Source: Catajapyx aquilonaris (taxonomy: Eukaryota). From it: 64,000 nucleotides of DNA. Location: positions 1 through 64,000 of the forward strand of contig JYFJ02001593.1 in NCBI GenBank assembly GCA_000934665.2, given 5' to 3'. The notes beneath the pieces are model-generated. The model was given only the letters and a program-made list of their open reading frames with translations, did no database searches and had not been told where the DNA came from. Shown here one piece after another: positions 26,249-37,889 of this stretch. A program made the position numbers and the translations under genes. The first letter of the stretch is position 1, and each line of letters begins with the position of its first letter.

Positions 26249-28495
26249 ATGCTTCCTCTTCGGTGGTGGCCATTGCTGGCCCTGGTGCTGGTCAGGGGCG
26301 GACAAGGAGCTGAGACTGATGAAGACGAGGGCACTGATAGGACTGGCTGTCCAGGAGCTTTCCACCATAAGTGTCACTGCGATGTGGTGTCGTACGAGTC
26401 GGTGCCAAGGTTCGTGGTCAACTGCACCCAGCATGGGTTCACCTCAGCTGAAGCACTGCAGCATCTTCCGCCTCAGACGGAGGTCCTCATCTTCACTGGA
26501 AACAGGATACCGGAGCTGCACTGGAACGTCTTCGGGATGACCAGTGTGCATGAGTTGCTCAAAGTTGTCGACATGAGCAACAACCATATCCAGGAGATCA
26601 AGGGGAAAACCTATCACAAGGTATACAGGATCGATTGACTTTACTTCAAAGTTCACTTTTGCACGGGAGAGTAACTTATTACACAAGGGGGCGTTTGAAA
26701 AGTTTGCATGATTCGGCCATGCTCTCTGCCCCCACTAACTCAATTAACCAGCCACGTTACGGTTGTGTTAGTGCTCTGCATCACATAAATCCCCGGAAGC
26801 ACAAAGTCGGGGAGGTTTGGGCAAAATTACTCCCAATTTTCATGCTTGTCCTTTCATTTTGCGAATTATGGATTTTTGAATAAACTTGCAGGCGAACTTA
26901 TTTAAATGTAAACAAGGTTACTTAGAGTGAATCCGCAAAGGAACATTGGTGTAAAATCTGTAATGTCAAATTCAACTCCATATCACTGCAGTGCGAACAT
27001 TGATTTTGCAGTGTTCAATACCCAGATTAATTATTTGCTCAAGTTCAGAACCTCGCAGACATTTACATTTTAAACACTCTCATTCCTTCCCTGCACGGCA
27101 AGAAAACAATCAATATCACTTTGCAGCCACTTTCTCTTGATGAGTGTAAAGCTAGCGTCTGAGTTTTGCTTTCATCCTCTTATAGCAACTTGTTGGTCTT
27201 GTGGAGACGCCTTCCGACCAAATGTGTAGTGGCAAGTTAAATACCACCGCACTCCATTAGTGGTTTATGAAAAACAGCTTGATTCAATGCATGATAAGAG
27301 CGGTCTTAGGGAAATTTCTTGGAAGCCAAGCAAGCCAAATGGGCATGAAAGATTATCCCCCCTCACGCTGTTGGGGGGATCACATAAAACGCATAAAGTC
27401 CCCCAGGCATTTCTTCCAGCTGGATGGCTTCAAGGCATTGTGTCCCATCAATTTAGGATCATCCACTCTGAAGATGCAACATTTGAATATTCAGTAGCAC
27501 GACTTGCAAAACATTCTGCGAATCACAATTCACCTATCTGTAGTACCTTGCAATAAATCTACATCGGGAAAAAGTGTCACATTAAGTTTGTGCTTTCGAT
27601 CCCTGCAGGTGAGTCACGTGGAGCGGCTGATCCTGAACCACAACTCTCTCAACATATCCCTCTCTCGGCACCACCCACGCATATTCTCCAATTTTGCCTC
27701 CCTCCGCTCGCTGCATCTGACCAACGCCTTCGCAGATGGAAGCCACTGGAGAGTGGAGGATCTCAGGGACATCTTCCTCAACAGCAATCTAACCAAGCTG
27801 GAGAAGATCCATCTGGAGCAGAACGAGATGGTGCTTCTGGACGACCCCAGGCTCTTCTGCGAACTGCCCTCTCTCATGGACCTCCACTTGGGGGACAACA
27901 ATCTAGTAGAAGTCAAGCTTGACCTCACGTGTCTCAATAAGATCCGATATGTTGATCTCGAGAGGAACAAGATACAAACTTTGAGTCAGGACACGCTAGA
28001 CCAGTGGGACTCTTTGGCTGAAGGTACGTACCAGGTGGTATTATTTGCACATGAGACTGACCTTTACGATTTTTCACAGCTCTTACGTCTGACCAGTTCA
28101 GCGTGAACCTCATAGAAAATCCATTTGAATGCGACTGCCGCTTGCAGCCATTCTTAACTTGGCTGAACAAGACCAAAGTTGACGTGATGGGAAAACAAAA
28201 ACTTCGCTGCCACACCGGATTCCCTGAAGAAAATGCGAAGAAGCACCTGGTTGACATCAAGCACTTATCATGTCGGACTACTCCTCGGCAGCAGAGCTCC
28301 CAAGAGCCGCCAGGCCAGGCAGGGAATGCTGCGTTAGGTATCCTGATTGGGATGTTGTTTGCTGCACTTTTCATACTGGCTTACATCAAGCGAGACTCGC
28401 TAAAAGGAAAGTTGAGGCCCGTGGTTGACACTGTCACCAGACGTGTACGGTATTCAACAATCGGCAAAGTGGACGAGCCAGAGGTTGAAGTTTAA
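26249..28495 (+). CDS. Single-pass LRR membrane protein, trophoblast glycoprotein (TPBG/5T4)-like
   Basis: Exons 26249-26620, 27609-28023 and 28080-28495. Signal peptide, LRRNT (CPGAFHHKCHC...VNC), LxxLxLxxN repeats, LRRCT (NPFECDC...LRC), TM helix ALGILIGMLFAALFILAYI, short tail ending EVEV. Confidence 0.85.
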
Positions 28496-29019
28496 CATGA
28501 CTGTGGTGAAATGTTTTTTTTTACGTGAAAAAGAAAAGACAATCTAGGTGCTACAGATTTTGTAATAAATTAATATCCAGTTTTTTAACTACTGCAGTGT
28601 TTTCATTCCTGCGTGAAAGCATGTGGCAAATTACATCAAAACCTTTTCATATGCTTCCATTGTAACCAAGGTTTTTAAAATTATGTTGGACACAAAAATT
28701 AAATCAAATAACTGCACACCATTTGTGGCAAAATTAATATTTGGCTCTAGTTATTTTCATAATTTGTAGTATTCATTCCTCTGTGCACTGGTTCCAATTC
28801 GCTACATACTGCAAAGGTTTTGATAAAATATACCTGAACATCTGTGTTTTTTTCTTCCTGAAGACTTGTTCTTTAGACTTCAGAAATTCTTATGCACATT
28901 TCATTAAAATTATATTATCGGAATTATACGCACAGAGCGACACTGTAGAGTTCCAGCTCTGTAACATTTTGTATGAACATGGTTGTTCGTACAGTTGGTA
29001 GATTTCCAGATGCGAATAA

Positions 29020-32000
29020 TCACCACTTCCGCCCCTTGAGGAGGTTCGCTGCCAACTCCTCCGCATCCATAAGTGAAAGTCCAGATTCTTCCGTTTTGGA
29101 CTTCTTTTTCTTTGCAGGTTCTTTTGTATCCAACTTTCTCTTTGTGGGCCTGCAAAAGGAAGTCATAATCATCACCTAATGCATTTGACAACCACTAGTA
29201 CACATTAACTGCTAATTTAACAATTCTGCAGTAATACCATTGACCATATCACAGCAGCATTTACCTGATCGGTTCTTCTGGTTCCGATTCACTCCCATCA
29301 GATTCGTTATACACCTTGTCTGGATCAGGCAGCCAGCTCAAGTCTGGCTCTTCTCCACTGCTCTCATCACCATCGCTCTCGTCACCATCGCTCTCGTCAC
29401 CATCGCTATCATCGCCATCGCTCTCACCATAATTCTTCTCACCATCACTATACTCTTCCTCATTCTCTTCTTTCCTCCAGCCCTTAGCTTCCTTCAGCTT
29501 TTTCATCTTTCTCCTGCGTAATAAAATGGTTGATGAGTCAACGTCAACAAGTAAGAGACATCGATATTCAGGCACTTAATTGCAGATATAGGCACCCCAT
29601 AGTTTTGTTGACCTACTTCGAGTCAACGGAAACTACAGCAAGTGGCATAAAAAAACTAATTTACGGTGCTAACTTCAGGATAAAATATCAACAGAACTTA
29701 CTTGGCCCTAACTCTCTCCCGATATATCTTCTTGTCGACCTGATCTTCCTCCTGCATGACCAACTTGGCCTTCTCGATGTCAATCCCTCCCAACTCCTCC
29801 GCTTCTTTCTCGTACTCCTTTGCTGCTTGGCTCATCTTCTCTTTCGTGGCATCTATCACAGCCTACGAAATCCAGTAAAATTTATGTTAGTAATAAGCAA
29901 AACAACTGTAGACGTGTGTCATATATTTGTAATCCCACAGGTCTGACTGACCTCTCCCTCGTCATCGAAGGTGATCTTCTTGTTCAACACGATCTTCTTG
30001 TTCCTGAGCTTCTTCACAACGTCCTCCTTGGTCACAATCTTCTCTCGTTTCTTCCTTTGCTTGTTGCTCTCCCTCTTCTCCATTCCTGCCCCTTCACCAT
30101 CAAGGTCATGGTTAACTCTTCTCACCCGCAGGACGTCCCAGTCGTTATCTGAATCATCGTCCAGGTTGAAGGCGCTGGCAAAGGATGATGGCTTTTCCTG
30201 CTCCTTCTTCACCTGCATCGACTTCCTGGCCTGCTGTTCCTTCAGATGTTTTTCCCAGAAGCGAACGCGAGGAGTTGCAACCAATCCAAGTGATCTGTCA
30301 TGAAAAATTTACGCCTCATGATCTAACCATTGCAGGCGCAGAAAAAGGATAGCAAACGACGCTTCAAACCTTGAAAAACCTTCGATGTCAAGCTTCCCAG
30401 CATCAAATATTTCCTTGTCCTTCATGAGGTGCACGTATTTGACATACGCCACGAGAGCCCTCTGAGCAGATTCCTTCAGATTCACGTAGCGAGCCAACAG
30501 GGCCTCCAGTTTACGTCGGATTGACACACATTTCGAAGGGTTCACCCTATTAGGAGGATGCCAGTCAAGAAATATTCCGTGCAAGGCAATTCATAAAACC
30601 AAATGCAAATGAGCTTACTCAATCTTCTGTATAGGAATTTTCTTCTGAGCCAGCCTCTCCGCCATGGGCATCTCCTCATGAGGTAAGAGAACCAGCAGCG
30701 ATTCCCCTCCAGCCTGGAAGCGAGCAGTCCTGCCCACTCTGTGGATGTACGTCTCAGGGTCTTCAGGACAATCCATCTGCACGACCCAGTCAACCTTGGG
30801 AAAATCTGGAAAGACACGCATGGTCAATACGTACTTGCAACATCAAACAGATTCAGGTACAAACCTAGTCCTCTGGAAGCAATGTCCGTGGCAAAGAGAA
30901 CAACAAACTTCTTTCTGCAAAATTCTTCGTAGACTTCCATCCTTTTTTGCTGGTGCAGGGTGCCATACAGTCGCAATAAGCTCACACCTGGCTGCATCTT
31001 GCAAAAGGCGTCATAGATGTAACTCACCTAGAGAATGCAAAAGTGGTGTAAGTAAGCGTAGCAATTATTCAGACTGTGCTAATCCAGACGCATTATCCAA
31101 CCTGCTTGCAACTGGACAGGAAGACAATGGTCTTCTTCTTCAGGTGCTTTTTGATGAACGAGTAGAGGAGGTCGACCTTATGCTCCAACTCACATGTCAC
31201 ATAACTTTGTCTCAGGGCATCAGGAGTCGCCTGAGACGCATGTTCATGGACCGACACATACACCGGATCCTTCAATCCTAACCGAACTAGGTCCTTGACT
31301 GACTTTGTCTGAGTCGCGGAGAATAGAAGCATGCGCCTCTCTGGCGGCAGGTTTCCAACTATTCCATGGATGGTAGGCTGGAAACTTGGATCCAGGCATC
31401 TGTCCGCCTCGTCCAGCACCAACACTTGCAACGTGTCTCCGTTTAAATGCGGGTTCTGCTCCATGTGCTGCAGGAGTCTTCCCGGAGTGCAGACCAGTAT
31501 CTGGTAGCTTCCCAGCACCTCCCGTTCCTCCTTCAAGTCCTTTCCGCCCACTACCAAGCGGCAGACAAAGTCGTGGTGGGCACTCACCTTTTGAAGGACC
31601 TCGTACGTCTGCTGAGCCAGCTCTCGAGTCGGACTTACAACGAGAGCACCCAGTGAGTCCCATTGATTCCATTTCCGCACAAACAGGATCTCAAGCAGCT
31701 AAAAATCACACGCACATGTAATGAGAAACAACGAGGCTGTAACGAGAAGAGCTTACCGGAATGAGAAATGCGAGGGTCTTCCCACTCCCGGTTTTTGATG
31801 CGCCCAACACATCAAGTCCCTTCAGAGCAAGGCCGATAACCTCCCTCTGGATCTCAGTCGGCCGAACAAACCCGCTCTCCCGCAAGCCCTGCAGGGTCTT
31901 CCTGGACAACGGAAAGTCCTCAAACGTCTGAATATTGGCCGGCTCAATCTGTTAAAAATATTAAATAATTCAACTTGCCTACTAATGATTTAAACTTATG

Positions 32001-32229
32001 CAATATTTTTGTAGTCCCACAGCACCTGCTGGTATCTCTCCTGCAGCCTCCTGATCTCCTCCTCCTCCCGCTCGATCGCCTCCTTCTTCTGCTCCCCCCT
32101 CCTCTTGTACAGGACCTCCTTAGCCTTCACCTGATTCCCTCCGGTCAAATTCCTGTAGTGCGCCCTTCTTTCCTTCCGATTATTCCACATTTTTTCGGAA
32201 ACACGAGGACGAGGAGGATCGTCCGCCAT
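29020..32229 (-). CDS. DDX10: DEAD-box RNA helicase DDX10 (Dbp4), ribosome biogenesis
   Basis: Ten exons: 32229-32026, 31948-31757, 31698-31102, 31027-30865, 30805-30619, 30546-30370, 30294-29952, 29862-29702, 29513-29265, 29149-29020. Q-motif, SKTGSGKT, PTRELA, TPGRL, LDEADR, SAT, FLSSCKQV, DCPED..TYIHRVGRTAR, KKITFDDEGE and C-terminal EELAANLL. Confidence 0.95.
29361..29430 (-). repeat. 15-bp coding tandem repeat (SDGDE)n in the DDX10 acidic tail
   Basis: About 4.5 copies of ctctcgtcaccatcg encoding ESDGDDSDGDESDGDESDGDES. Confidence 0.8.
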
Positions 32230-32455
32230 CTTGCATCCGTGACGTCACGGCCAAGTTCAGGGTCGCCAACCGGCATTCGAATCAATACCGCAATATTAAA
32301 TTATTAAAATGTACCAAATATTTATGTTCAATTATTTATAATTTTATGATTGTACATTGCATGTGTACTGTTTGTAGCTTTTGTAAATGTTTCTGGCATT
32401 CCTGGAATGTTTCGGATGATAAACAAATGACTGTTTTTTTTTGAAGATGGCGGAC
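32221..32455. promoter_or_regulatory. Bidirectional promoter DDX10/TMEM242
   Basis: Divergent ATGs 217 bp apart. Both start codons sit in AAGATGGCGGAC (YY1/Pho-like). Perfect palindrome ccgtgacgtcacgg (CRE core) at 32237-32250. Confidence 0.7.
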
Positions 32456-33378
32456 AAGAAGAATCGTGGGAATGGTGTTGGGGACAAACTCGAGCCCAAA
32501 TCAGCCGAAATGGACGACGGACAGAAGTCAAAGGATGACCACCACACGCTCAAGGGTACGGCCAACCGGGTGGACCACTTGTCTTAACGATCCAGTGGAT
32601 AGATTGGCAGAAGAAAAATTAATTAGCAAACTTATTGTCCACTCAGCTGTTGCTATGCAGGCCACACCCTGAAGGCCTAAGTGGCCTTATCAGGGTGCGG
32701 CTGCAGGCTGTCATGTTTAACCAAGTACATGTAGATAATATGTAGATTATATTAATCAATATGAAAGCACTGCCTAAGATATTAGCGAAAAATAATTGCA
32801 ATAGCAACAATGGCCACACCCATGTTCCAACATATGCTTCATCCCACTGTATGCATCAAATTGTTTCTGATTTGTCTCGTTGATCTCACTTTCACAGCTG
32901 GCATGTTCCTGACGAGTGTGGCAGGCATGTCGATGCTGGGTGGGTTTGGTTATGCTGTGGCGGCTGCCAAAAAGAGCGACCCGACCCACTTCGATCAAGG
33001 TCTGTCGCCGTTTGATGCCAAGCAGGCTCGTTTGGCTGAATCTGGATCCAGTCTGGCCGCACGGGCTCTCGGATGGGGCACCCTCCTCGCTGTCACTGGA
33101 GTTGCATCGATCTCATACATCGCTTGGAAACTCATTGGAGCACAAGATGTAAATCACTTTGCAAAATTATTGGAACTTTTTTCCCTGTCCAAACGCTGAA
33201 TGCACACACTACTTATTTTATTTAGATGACTGATTTCCGCAACAAAGTCGGAGCAATGTTGCCAAGACTGACCAAAGAAGGCCCTGGAAGGACCCAATTT
33301 GACAACCTGAGTGATCTTGTCCAGTACATCATCGATGAGGATGAAAAGAACAAGAGGAACAAGAGAACTGTTGATTAA
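32447..33378 (+). CDS. TMEM242: Transmembrane protein 242 (DUF1358 family)
   Basis: Exons 32447-32555, 32898-33148 and 33226-33378. Motifs AGMFLTSVAG..MLGGFG..VAAAKKSDP..F..G, ESGSSLAARALGWGTL, DFRNKVGAMLPRL, GRTQFDNLSDL. Confidence 0.9.
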
Positions 33379-33854
33379 TTTGACAAGAGCAGTGTTGGTT
33401 TTTAAACCTGAAAAATGCGCTGCTTTTTTTTCCTTCCATTTTATTTTTAATAAATTATTAAAGTTTGTTGGTTAAAACAGAGAATGGGATTTATTTTCAC
33501 CTCTATGAGATGCTCCGTCACAAAATGTATTTATCATCAGGGGGACAAGAAACCATCGTTGACAACAAAACAAACTTATTGCCACATGATACACTTAGAG
33601 TGCGCATGAAGATTCACCAGAAAAACAAAGGCACTTCATTTTAATCCAAATAAATTCTCATTTCCCGCAACTTGTCATTTTTATACACGTAATATCTACA
33701 TAGTCTTGCACTTGTTGAATTATAAGTGACGTCAGCTACAAGTGTTAAGACACTGAGATAGGTAAATGGACGGGCTTGTAACATGGACGGACTTCGAGTT
33801 CATATCACTTTCAAACTGCTAGGAATGTCATGCGCGTGGCTTGTATTCCTTCTC

Positions 33855-36800
33855 TCACAGTATAACGCACAGCTTGGACTGAAACGGAAATCAAGTTATT
33901 ACAACCGCAAAAGATGGACGGCTGTAAATTAATTGCGGAATGTTCACTCACCTTCTTCGCACTCCCCAGCCTGCTGCTGCTGTTTGACTTGGGAGCTTCA
34001 CTCCCATCTGAAAAGCATCGCACAGTGACGGCGGATTATTAGAAACATTATATAGACTCGGGATCTTGTGTTATGGCAGGGACCCCTGTTGAGCTCAACA
34101 ATATAGTGTGACGTTAGACTAACCTTCTTTGGGTTCCTCGCTCTTATCTTGTTGAGGGGCATCACCGGCTTCTGGTGGTTCAGGTTTGGACTCTTCCTCC
34201 GGTTCCCCCTCCTTGTCCCCTTCGTCACCTGCGCCCTGCTCTCCTCCTTCCCCTTCCGGGTTGGCTTCCTCCACTTTTGTGGGAGAAGGCGTAGTGCCAG
34301 TTTGCTTCCTACGCCTCAGGCTGTTGAAGAATCGAGTTATTCTTCCCTCTGAAAAGTAAAAAATGCATGTGATGAAACACTGTTTGGCCGCAGGGTAGGT
34401 ACACCAGCATTCCCTTCCATCACCTTTCTTTGGAGTCGCATCGGTGGAGCCCGCCTTGTCCGTTTCATCTGGAAGCTCGACTGTCTCCAGTCCTTCGTCG
34501 TCCTCCTCCTTTTTGCGGGCTTCCGCCTGCTCCTCGTCCCCTGGCCCTTCTTTTGCAGGTTCCTCCTCATCATCGGCTGGCTTGACCTCCGCATCGCTCC
34601 TGGACACCAGCGAGTCCAGCTCCGTCTGCTCCTCCCTCAGCTTCTCCTCCAGGCTCTTCTCCAGCCTCTCAATCTCGGATTCCACTTTCCGGATCTCCTC
34701 CCCAGCACTGTTCAGACCCTCTCCAGGGATCTTGTGCAAAGGAGGCAGTCTTTGCAGCGGAGGAAGAGTGTTGCTTCCTGCCGACATTGCCGACGAAGGC
34801 TGGAGCACGACGAAGAACGTCATTGTGTATATAACGAAGAAGGCATCACTATATTTATACATGTTTTACAAGCAAGGTGCATCACACGAGCATATTAAAA
34901 TATAGTGCTCAGGACATAATAAGTACGTACTGACACGTGTGCTTCATTGTGTGCGGACACAGTGTAGGCTGCCCTCCTTCTGAGTGGTACATGTACAACC
35001 GTATAAGAATTGTACTGACCAAACACTGAACATACAACATGCGCGTGAAGTGTGACAAAAACACACTTTTTTTTTTTTTAATTTCTTTATGGAAGGTACC
35101 CACCTGGTCTGTTTTGGTGACTCGTCCCAATCCCCAACTGATCCTCTTCCCGCCCATGCTTTATAATTTGTGTAGTGATCAAAACTACTAAAACTACTAA
35201 TCGACTGTATACTATATAGCCAAAAAAATAAAAAGCAGTCCAAATGGATTTAGTTCTACAAGCAGCGAACCTCCATTTTGGCAGAAGTCCCGTTATGCAT
35301 CAGTAAGTTTCCTGTGGTCTCTTCAGCATCCGAGTCGCTTTGGATTGAGTCCACGTTCTTGGTGGCCACGACCATCGTGTGACAACCTCCGCAACACACC
35401 TATAATTATTGGCAATTTATGAATGTGTACGTAATTTTTTTTTTAAAAAAAAGCTGTACATTTTGATTTGCACTGACCTGGTGGACAATGTGCCCTTTGA
35501 ACCTGACTACTCTAGTGGGCAGAAACTCGTCCTTGTCTGGTTGGAAGTCTTCCTGCTCCAGGCACAGCTTCCCATGCCTCCCATCACCAAAAGTGTACAG
35601 ATGACCCCTAGTGGTCACCACAGCCGAGTGACCCTCCCCGCACGACACCTGCTCAATCCGCTGGTTCTCCAACGAAGCGACCTTGCTCGGTACCGATGTC
35701 TCGAGCACCTCAGGTCCCAATCCCAGCTGACCGTTCCGACCGGAGCCAAACGAGTAAAGTACACCACTTTCTAAGAAATGAAATAATAAGTGTTCATGCA
35801 ATGAATGTCATTTTCAATAATGAATATTACTTGAGAGGGCCAAAGTGTGTCCTCCGCCGCAGAAGACTCGCAGGATTTCCTCTTCAAAATGGACCTTATT
35901 CGCCTTTCTGCTCTTGTCCTCTGGAACACCCAACTTGCCTCCTTCACTCTCTCCGAAAGTGTACACCTGACCTCCACCTACAATAAGTCAACAATAAATT
36001 CAGTTGCCCACCTTTTATCCTAACAGTCAGACTTCTTTTTGAACAGGAATGCACAGTGTGTGGCTATGATAAGTCAGGATAAATATTATTACTCACAAGT
36101 GACCAGAGCGGTGTGGTAGTATCCGCATGCGACGTTGGCCACCTCTTCCTCCTTGCCCTCTTGACCCCACCAGGTCAGAGGTCGCGGGGTCGGACACTCC
36201 TCGACCTCGCCAAGACCTAGTTGACCTTCAGAGTTGCTGCCCCAACCGTACAAACGACCACTTACTGCCAAGTAAAAAAAATGGAATAAATATTTGGCAC
36301 CTCAGATTTGTCGTGAGAGTACCTGTGAGTGCCAGAGAGTGGTGGAACCCTGCTGCCAGCTGCCTTATGGGCTCCTCTATCCCCAGGACCAACACCGGCT
36401 GATGCTGGTCCTCAGATGAGTTGCCGGTTCCAAGCTGGTTCTCAGAGTTGCAGCCGAATGCGTACAGCTTACCTCCGGCTGGGGGAAAAAAAACAAACAA
36501 CAATGTCACCAAAATAAAAAACATTTGACATTGTTGTTGAAGGACATTGTCGGATGCTCCCGACTCACCTGTGGATACCAGAGTGTGCGCCTTTCCACAC
36601 GACACCTGTAGGATCCTCTCAGGCTTCAGAGCTGTACCAAAAAAAAATTGACATTATAGAAACTATTGTGCGTATATGAAACAATGCAAATATATTGCGC
36701 GCGACTTACACTTGAGGCAGCTTGGTTTGTTGACTGTCTTGGTATGTCCGAGCCCCAGCTGTCCCCAGGTGTTGCTGCCGAACACGAACAGCCGACCACT

Positions 36801-37889
36801 TTCTGCACAGGAACACACATACAAAAAAAGAGAAGTTGCCCAGCACCCAATGAGGAACTCAAGTTTTGCATCGATTGCACTTTTTTTCTTTTTTGCAGGG
36901 CGTAATTTCTGGATGCATTATGCACGACCGGTCTCTGGTTCAATGAACCCTCATCCCTTATACTCTCTCTCTCTCACACACAGTAATGTCCTTCAAGACC
37001 GCATATCTCAAAAGTTGTTGTTTATAGGCATTTCCTTACCCGCCACACTCAATCTCCCAAGAGAGGAAAGAGTCCAACCAACCCGCAACTTGACCTCACG
37101 TAATCGCCATCTGCACGACATGTCTGCTTTCAATGACCAATGTTTATGGCTCCCCCCTTTGTACAGTTCTGGGACATTAATAGTGGTGCAACGAGCCAAT
37201 GGCGGCAAAAGACAGTTGCCTCAGTATGACCTCCTTCACTTGAGTCATACTGAGGGAAAATTTCAATTTGAGGTCACTGTCAATTCGCAACACCATATGT
37301 CCAGCCCTGTGCAAAATATTGCAAGACATTACACGCAAATTGTCTTACTGCAAGACCGTAAGTACAGGGTGTGTGTGTACTCACCAACAAGAACAGCTGT
37401 GTGTTCGTCTCCACAGGCGACTGAAACTACAGGGTCCCTCTTGACGAAGAACTTGGAAGGAACGTTTTCGGCGAATCTGCTTCGGCCGAATGTGAACACC
37501 GCACCAGTTTCTGCAAACAGCACATTATTATTTAATTATTAATATTTTGAGATTCGTTTGTTTGTGTGTGCAGAGTGTTTAAGGCGACGTGGCGTCGTGC
37601 GCACTGTTTCGCGAAAACTATCCGGGCTTGTTATTATTATTTATTGAGGCCGTCGATAGTTCGACCCGAGTAAAATGCGGAGGCCCCCCAGCATATTGCT
37701 GGTGTTTGTCTGCATTATTCATGGATTAAGCACGCTCGGACACCAAGTCACATCGAACCATCTACACGTCTTTTCTATACTACGCAAAAATAAAAGACCT
37801 TTTGCTGTGTTTGCGACACCCCCTAAATCCATACCTTGCAACTCGTCGTTTTCTGCATTAATATCCATATTGCGCAACATGAACTCCAT
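33855..37889 (-). CDS. RPGR: Retinitis pigmentosa GTPase regulator homologue (RCC1-like repeats, acidic region, CAAX)
   Basis: First exon ends at 37835 (start ATG 37889, 37880 or 37868). Then 37510-37385 (ETGAVFTFGRSRFAENVPSKFF...VACGDEHTAV), 36802-36710, 36631-36569, 36478-36323, 36264-36097, 35977-35831, 35770-35478, 35399-35271, 34799-34424, 34348-34124, 34007-33952 and 33878-33855 (SKLCVIL*). Confidence 0.9.

Noticed and set aside
35100..35158. Possible extra RPGR exon (HGREEDQLGIG...)
   Set aside because: Available donors give phases incompatible with the phase-0 acceptor at 34799.
36676..37542. 288-aa + strand ORF antisense to RPGR
   Set aside because: No recognisable domain or coding-like composition; it spans RPGR exons and intron and is probably chance.
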